Source: Flaccisagitta enflata (lineage: Eukaryota). Taken from it: 64,000 nucleotides of DNA. The stretch's first letter is position 1. Each line of letters starts with the position of its first letter. The stretch lies in NCBI GenBank assembly GCA_965153355.1, contig OZ231126.1, positions 25,048,001 to 25,112,000 on the forward strand. The letters are read 5' to 3'. Made by a program: the position numbers and the translations under genes. The notes beneath the pieces were generated by a model. That model was not told the DNA's origin and ran no database searches. It saw only the letters and a list, made by a program, of their open reading frames with translations. Shown piece by piece: positions 56,892 to 64,000 of this stretch.

Positions 56892-57160
56892 TTTTTAGTC
56901 ACGTGCACGCGACTATGACCTGCTCTGTCCGTCTGTCGGTCGGTTCGTCTGTCGGTCGGTTCGTCTGTCGGTCTATCTGTCTGTCCGTTAGGCTTAAGTT
57001 TTTTTTGTAGTTTTATGTCATTTTAAGTAATTTTAAGTTATTTCAAGACAATTTACATTAAGTCTCTTTGTCTTTTGGTCTGTTAGTCTTTTAATCTTCT
57101 AGTCTTTTGGTCTTATGATCTAGACAACCGTACGCGACTGTAAGGTGTTTGCCTTGTTTT
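56892..57160 (+). mobile_element. Family A HINE-like element (nested)
   Basis: TTTTTTAGTCACGTGCACGCGACT ... TACGCGACTGTAAGGTGTTTGCCTTGTTTT. Confidence 0.8.
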
Positions 57161-57400
57161 CATGAATCTATATAGTCGTAGTGTAACCTATCAAATGATT
57201 GGAAATTTCACCAAGAACATGAATCTTGAATCAGAATTTCAAATTAAATATATCCTTTAGAACTATATGTAAATATATGAGAAAATTTATATTCTTTAAT
57301 AAATTTTGCAATAATTTTCAAGGGAAAATTTTTTCAAGAGTCAACATCAATGCTCCATTAAAAATTATATCTAGTTGTACAAGTCACTTCTATTGGGGAT

Positions 57401-58991
57401 TTTTTTAGTCGCGTGCACGCGACTCTACAACCCGCTCCGTCGGTCCGTCGGTCCGTCGGTCGGTCGGTCCGTCCGTCCGTAACACTTAGCTTTTTTTCGT
57501 CTTTTTGGGTCGTCTGGAGTTATTTTGAATCATTTTTTTGTTGTTTTTGGGAATTATTGGTTGCTTTTAGTCATTTTTGGTTATTTTTGGTCAGTTTTGG
57601 TCATTTTGGTCATTTTGGTCATTTTGGTCATTTTGGTCATTTTGGTCATTTTTGGTCATTTTTGGTCATTTTTGATTATTTTTTATCATTTTTGGTCATT
57701 TTTGGGTCATTTTTGGTCATATTTGGTCATTTTTGGTCATTTTTGATGATTTGGTCATTTTGGTCATTTTTGACCATTTTTGGTCATTTTTGTTCATTTT
57801 TGGTCATTTTTGTTCATTTTTGGTCAATTTTGGTTATTTTTGGTCATTTTGGTCATTTTGGTCATTTTGGTCATTTTGGTCATTTTTGATCATTTTTGGT
57901 CATTTTTGGTCATTTTTGGTCATTTTTGGTCGTTTTTGGTCGTTTTTGGTCATTTTGGTCATTTTTGGTCATCTTTGGTCATCTTTGGTCATAAAGTCTG
58001 CTGGTTAAAGTCTGCTGGGTAAAGTCTGATGGTTAAAGTCTGCTGGTTTAAATCTGCTGGTTTAAGTCTGCTGGTTTGAATCTAATGGGTTAAGTCTGCT
58101 GGTTAAAGTCTGCTGGTTTAAATCTGCTGGTTTAAGTCTGCTGGTTTAAGTCTGCTGGTTTAAATCTAATGGTTTAAGTCTGCTGGTCTAATGGTTTAAG
58201 TCTGCTGGTTTAAGTCTGCTGGTTAAAATGATATTAAAGATAAGTATGGTTTAAGTTTGGTTTAAGTCTGGTTGAAGTATGGTTTAAGCATGGCTTAAGT
58301 CTGGTTAAGTCTGGTTTAAGTCTGGTTTGAGACTGGTTCATGTGTGATTTATGTCTGGTTTAGGTCTGGGTTAGGTCTGGTTTAGGTCTGGTGTATGTCT
58401 GGTTTTTGTCTGGTTTATGTTTGATTTAGGTCTGATTTAGGTCTGGTTTTGGTCTGGTTTTGGTCTGGTTTTGGTCTGGTTTTGGTTTGGTTTCATTCTG
58501 GTTCGAGTCTGGTTTGAGTCTGGTTTGAGTCTGGTTTGAGTCTGGTTTGATTCTGGTTTGAGCCTGGTTTGAGCCTGGTTTGAGCCTGGTTTGAGCCTGG
58601 TTTGAGCCTGGTTTGAGCCTGGTTTGAGCCTGGTTTAAGTCTGGTTTAAGTCTGGTTTAAGTCTGGTTTGATTCTGGTTTGAGTCTGGTTTGAGTCTGGT
58701 TTGAGTCTGGTTTGAGTCTGGATTGAGTCTGGTTTGAGTCTGGTTTGAGTCTGGCTTAAATCTGGTTTATGTCTGGTTTATGTCTGGTTTATGTCTGATT
58801 TAGGTCTTTTTTCAGTCTGGTTTAATTCTAGTTTGAGTCTCGTTTGAGTCTGGTTTGAGTCTGGTTTGAGTCTGGTTTGGGTCTGTTCTGGGTTGCGTTT
58901 AAGTCTGATTTTCGATAAAAAGATACAATAAGGAGTCAGGTCAGTTCAGTTATTTTTGTCCTGCACGCGACTTATAGGTGTTGGCCTTGTT
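57401..58991 (+). mobile_element. Complete family A HINE-like element with ~1.4-kb three-part internal satellite
   Basis: TTTTTTAGTCGCGTGCACGCGACT, (TTTTGGTCA)n, (GTCTGCTGGTTTAA)n, (GTCTGGTTTGA)n, GCACGCGACTTATAGGTGTTGGCCTTGTT. Confidence 0.85.
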
Positions 58992-59319
58992 AAACTCATA
59001 TCCAACTAAGGCCCACTGTGATTGAACAGCCGTTTCTTCTCCAATCGTCATCAAATCCTAAAGCAACATCAACGTCTATTTTACCTTAACGGCATCAATT
59101 TGGGTCGTTTGTTTTATTATTTGATTTGTTTGCTCTCTACTTGCAAAGTTGTTGCATGTTTTTTTTTTCTCTTTTCAAAATAAACCGCGCTTGCGTGTAT
59201 TGACTACATTGTAACATTTCCTTTTTAAGATGAGGCACTAATTTAGTGGAGACATGGCCCAACTAGATAGCTTCTTGCCGCTACTGTGTGGCTACTCTAT
59301 GTGTAAGGGGCTTGTGAAG

Positions 59320-59566
59320 TGGGATTTGAGCCTCATGGCTGGGATTTGATCCTCGAGGCTGGGATTTGAGCCTTGAGGCTAGGATTTGAGCGTCGAGATG
59401 GAGGAGAAGGAGAAATTTCTGCATATGTGAAAGCATAGGTCATCAGCCCCTTCAGGGCCGCTGCCCAAAAGGGTACCAACTGACCAACCAACCGACCAAC
59501 CAACCGACCAACCAACCGACCAACCAACATCGCGTGGTGTAGAGTCGCGTAGCACGCGACTAAAAA
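59320..59566 (-). mobile_element. Family B end joined to family A end
   Basis: ...GGGCCGCTGCCCAAAA is directly followed by GGGTACCAAC(CAAC/CGAC)n..AGTCGCGTAGCACGCGACTAAAAA. Confidence 0.7.
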
Positions 59567-59640
59567 TCCATGTTCTTACAAAATAAAAAGCTTGTAAGAG
59601 ATATTATTGAATGAAAGAGGTTAATAAATAAAAAAAAAAT

Positions 59641-61640
59641 GGTTCCCGATGCCCCATTGATATCATTCAGTATTATAGTGTTGAGGTAATGGGGCAGCGG
59701 CGCCCGTGGAGTCGTTGACCTATGATTCCACAAAGGGCAACTTAGCTTTTGGTTTTGAATGTGTATTTGGAGCTAATGAGTTATGAGTTTTATAAGGGGT
59801 TTGAAGGTTGGGTTGTTAGTTAAATTTTGGGTTTGAGGTTAAGATTAAGGATTTGGAGTCTGAGAGGCCTGGTTTTGGGTCTGAGAGGCCTGCTTCAAGA
59901 TTTGAGAAGCCTGATTTGAGGTTTGAGTGGCCTTTTTTGGGCAGCGGCAGGGGTCGATGACCTATCCTTTCACACGGGGGAATTTTCTCCTTCCTCCTTC
60001 TTCTTCGTCCCCCCCACCTCCAGGCCCATATCTCAGCGTCGAGGCCCATATCCCAACCTAAAAGCCCAAATCCCAGTCTTTGAGTCCCAAATCCCAACCT
60101 CAAGTTCCACCTTCAAGGCTTAAATCCCAGCCTAAAGGGATTTTGGCTTCAAGACTGGGATTTGGGCCTTGAGGCTGGGATATGGGCCTCAGGGCTGAAA
60201 TATAGACCTGGAGGTTGGGGGAGGGGGGATGGAGGAGAAGGAGAAAGAGAATTCCTCTGTGTGAAAGCATAGGTCATTGACTCCCACCCTCAAATATAAT
60301 CATGACCTATCTAAGTAGGGCATGGGTACCGCTGACCACCTAACGCTTTTGCGACTACACCGTTTTTAAATCGAAATGGCAAATAGTAAACCTTTGTAGC
60401 TCCAAAACTACTAGCCCAAAAGCCTTCAAATTTTCAGTGAATGTTAGTAACAACTGACCATTTTGTCATGCCAAAACTCAGATTTTATAACTGAATAGGT
60501 TGGGGGTCATTAAAGCATTGAAAAGCTATCAATTTTATGGAAAAAAACAATTTGTCCCAGCTATACTTGGAAGAATCGTTTTTCTTTTAATGTTTTTTTC
60601 CTGATTAAGCAAGCTTGAACCCTGGGGTTGGTCTTTAATGATGAGTTACAAATCATGAATATAAGTTCTGCTTGAAAATTTCAATATTTTATTGTATTCA
60701 TGAAGGTTTGAATGATTTTCAAATGATTGACAGTCTGGATTTTAGCAATGATTGCCAAAAACCAATGATAACCTCAATCTATATCCAACTTTTTTCAATT
60801 TTTTAGGTAAATGTGTAATCTCTGAAAAATTTCCTATCATTTGAGACCAACCCCGGAGTTCTAGCTCAATTTTTTTGACATCTGTACATTGATAAAGACA
60901 AGTCTTTTCAAATAGATCAAGAAAAAAAATCAGCCCTGAAAATTGGGCATATTTTGTTTGTTTTGCTGACCCCAAACTATTCAGTATTAAAATCCGAGTT
61001 TGGACATGACAAAATGGTCAGTTGTTACCAATATTCACTGAAAATTTGAAGGCTTTCAGGCTAGTAGTTTTAGAGCTAAAAAGGTTTACTATTTGCCATT
61101 TCGATTTAAAGACGGTGTATTTAGGTCTAGGAGGCCTGATTTGGAGTCTCGGGGCCTGATTTAGAGTCTGAGAGGCCTGATTTGAGGTCTGAGAGGCCTG
61201 ATTTAAGATTCGAGTGCCAGATTATGAGTCAGAGGCCTGGTTTGGGGTCTAAGAGGCCTGATTTGAGGTCTGAGAGGCCAGATCTGGGGTTTGAGAGACC
61301 TAATTTTGAGATTTGAGAGAACTGATTTAGGGGCTGAGAAGCTTGATTTGGGATCTGAGAGGCCTGATTTGAGGTCTAATGGGCCTAATTTAGGATCTGA
61401 GAGGCCTAATTTGGGGTCTGAGAGGTCTAACTTGGGGTCTGAAATGCCTAATTTTGGGTTTTAAAGACCTAGGTCTGAGAGGCTAAAAGAAACCAGATTT
61501 GGGATCTGAGAGGCCTGATTTGGGTCCTAAGAAGCCTGATTTGAGGCTTCAGGGGGGGGGAAGACAGAAACATTATATCAGAAAAATTGCTGCATGTGGA
61601 ATCATAGGTCATCGATTCCTCTGGGGCCGCTGCCCAAAAA
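59641..61640 (-). mobile_element. Family B element interrupted by a second family B copy (59933-60357, + strand) and a MITE
   Basis: Outer arms TGACCTATGATTCCACA (~59716) and TGTGGAATCATAGGTCA..GCCGCTGCCCAAAAA (~61595-61640); the same GGTCTGAGAGGCCTGATTTG 21-mer array lies on both sides of the insertions. Confidence 0.75.
60358..61117. mobile_element. Long-TIR (~130 bp) MITE, TA TSD
   Basis: TA|CACCGTTTTTAAATCGAAATGGCAAATAGTAAACCTT... is mirrored by ...AAGGTTTACTATTTGCCATTTCGATTTAAAGACGGTG|TA. Confidence 0.9.
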
Positions 61641-63706
61641 GGGTATTCATGTTCTGAGCTTATTTTGGCCAGTTTTAGGCCAGTTTAGCAAATATGCCTC
61701 AGTGGAGCCTTATGAATCACTTACACATGTTAGGTAGCACCTTTATCAGTCTCAATACCAAAAATTGTTGAAATCGCTCAAGCCATTGCTGAGATATAAG
61801 AGTTTGAATACCGCTAATACGGTGGCTCGCCTGGGATGTATTCATCCGCGTGGGCTGCGAGAACGGCGAAGCAAAGAATTAAAGGGAAAGCGTTACAATT
61901 CATCACTCGCTCACTGATAGGTGCGGGTTGAATTTTCATTGCTGGTCAGCAAATCGGAGTTTAGACCTGAAATTTTGGGTGCAAATGAAGAATTTAAGCG
62001 GCTTTTATGTCACGTCAAGGAATTGAATGAAATAAATATTGTTTCGACGCCAGAGGGGACTACTTTAAGTGTGACACAAGTGTGACACCTGAAATCGAGG
62101 GAGCTTCTGAATTGTAACGCTGTATAAAAATAATCATTTCTCTGCATTGGAACCGAAAAAATCCTTAAAAATTGGGGCAAAAGTCCCTTAACTAGTTGTC
62201 TATGGGTTGGGAAAAAAAAATTTGCTTATTATCAATGCAAAGACGGGTTTAAAAAAAAAATAGTAGATACTCTTAATTCTGAGCGGAAAATGACAAAAAA
62301 ATTAAGAGGCCGAGTACTAGTTTTCTTATTTTTTTTTCAGCACTTTATGATTGAAATAACGAGTCCAGTTTTTTTATACATTCCACTAGAAGGATAATGA
62401 TTGCTTAGAAGCTATGAAATGATTCTCATTGACATTTTTTGGTTGGTTAAGCTTGCATTTTGCTTGCAGGGACAGAATCGGGGACAGGCAAAATAGTCCC
62501 TTCGACCCCTATTTTAGACCCCCTAAAAGTAGTTGATGTTACCAAAACTGGTTTGGCAAGGCGCACTGGGTTATGAGGTACGTAACTAAACCATTGTGGC
62601 CTAGTTCAAAACAAACGATGGAGCAGAAACACTCCTAAAGTGGTGGAGAGTAACGGTTTTTCGCGCGCATGACGAATTTCGACAACAACCTATATATAAT
62701 CAGTGACCGTTTGAAAGATTTTCGAAGGTTCTTCAAATCTAGACTAAGCAGAAAGTTTTAGCTCAAATTGTTTAGAAATGGCAACAGTTTGAAGTGAGCA
62801 TCACCATAATCTGTTAATAGAAGGAATTCTGTACTTGTAATTCTGTCTTTAAAAGCAAATAAAACATATCTGACACAAGGAAACTAAGAAAAATTTAAGA
62901 GAAAATGAAAGTATAACTCATTATCTAAAAAGAAATGTTATCACTGTGTACCCGCTATAATTGTTTGCATTGTGGGACCATATAGCGGCCCCATTTTGGG
63001 CCATGTCATATCTCAGGCTAGGATTTGAGTCAAGGGGGGGGGCAAAGAACAAGTAGGAGAAGAAGAAGAGGGGGAAGGAGGAGAAGGAGGAGAAATTTCT
63101 CCTTCTTCTTCTGCATCCCCCAAATCAAATAGAGAATTTTCCTCATGTGAAAGCATAAGTCTTTGGTCCAGAAGGAAGGAAGGAGTGAAGAAAGGGAGGA
63201 TGAAAAGAAGGAAGGAAGGAAGGTAGTAAGCAAGTAAGGAATGGATCTAAGGGAGGTCAAAATGGGAGGAATGGGAGGAGGAAGATGTGTAATTGTAAAA
63301 GTGAGCACACAACTGTTATCATTTTTAGCTTGTTGTAAATGGAAAGAGGGAGACTCCAGTGATGAGGTATCTGGTATTTTCTTTGCATCGTCTCACTCAA
63401 GGTAATTTCCTCCACTTTCCTTTTTTTTTTGTCTTACTGGAGGGAATTTTAATGAGAAAAAATTCCCTTTAGTGAAACTAAATTTTTTTCCCTCCAGTGA
63501 GACTCTTTTTTTGTCTCACTGGAGGGAATTTTTTTATTTCTCACTCAAGGGAAAAAAATTGTCTCACTAAGGGGGTTCCCCCCCTCTCTGTCTTTGTATT
63601 TTTCTCTCTTTCTCACTCTCTGTCTCTCTATGTCTCTCTCTTCCTCTTTGCCTCCCTGTCTTTGTCTGTCTCTGTCTCTGTCTCTGTCTCTGTCTCTGTC
63701 TCTCTG

Positions 63707-63785
<79 letters not shown>

Positions 63786-63796
63786 CTCTGTCTTTG

Positions 63797-63886
<90 letters not shown>

Positions 63887-63901
63887 GTCTCTCTCTCTCA
63901 G

Positions 63902-64000
63902 GTGCAATTGGCGTCCAGCGCCTTCTCATTGACCCGATTGAAGGATGTCACATACGATTTGAAAGTCCAGGACGAAGCCGTTTGGACGGGTTACTACCGA
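63902..64000 (+). CDS. Next exon of putative C-type-lectin-like domain gene; runs off the window
   Basis: (CT)n-CAG acceptor, phase 0, open: VQLASSAFSLTRLKDVTYDLKVQDEAVWTGYYR, with LAS and WxG (WIGL-like) motifs. Confidence 0.6.
   Translation, partial: MQLASSAFSLTRLKDVTYDLKVQDEAVWTGYYR

Larger units (their letters stand above)
56553..59020. mobile_element. CACAGTG-terminated TIR element (Transib/Chapaev-like ends) carrying two nested family A elements
   Basis: Left TIR CACAGTGGGCCTTAATGGGATATGAGTTAAAAAAATCCCCGATAGTAGTGACTTG; right TIR split between ~57380-57406 and 58991-59020. Confidence 0.75.

Overview
Repeat-rich eukaryotic DNA, most likely from an invertebrate animal. Nearly all of the supplied ORFs are microsatellite artefacts. 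Reading splice sites and codon phases by hand gives three genes that the ORF track misses or only partly shows. (1) A 3-exon minus-strand gene (2800..535) for a 238-aa secreted protein: signal peptide, coiled coil and an F5/8 type C (discoidin)-like domain. (2) A 3-exon minus-strand gene (39642..36429) for a 154-aa secreted double-WAP protein whose first domain lacks the C2/C7 cysteine pair. (3) Two plus-strand exons (51012-51097 and 63902->64000) that join into the start of a C-type-lectin-like domain. The window opens with a minimal Penelope-type hammerhead ribozyme motif next to an inverted partial copy of itself. The rest is dominated by two families of Helentron/HINE (DINE-1)-like elements with exchangeable internal satellite arrays, many TA- and 8-bp-TSD MITEs (several nested or back-to-back), diverged minisatellites and long microsatellites. 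Protein family calls come from motif recognition by eye, not database searches.
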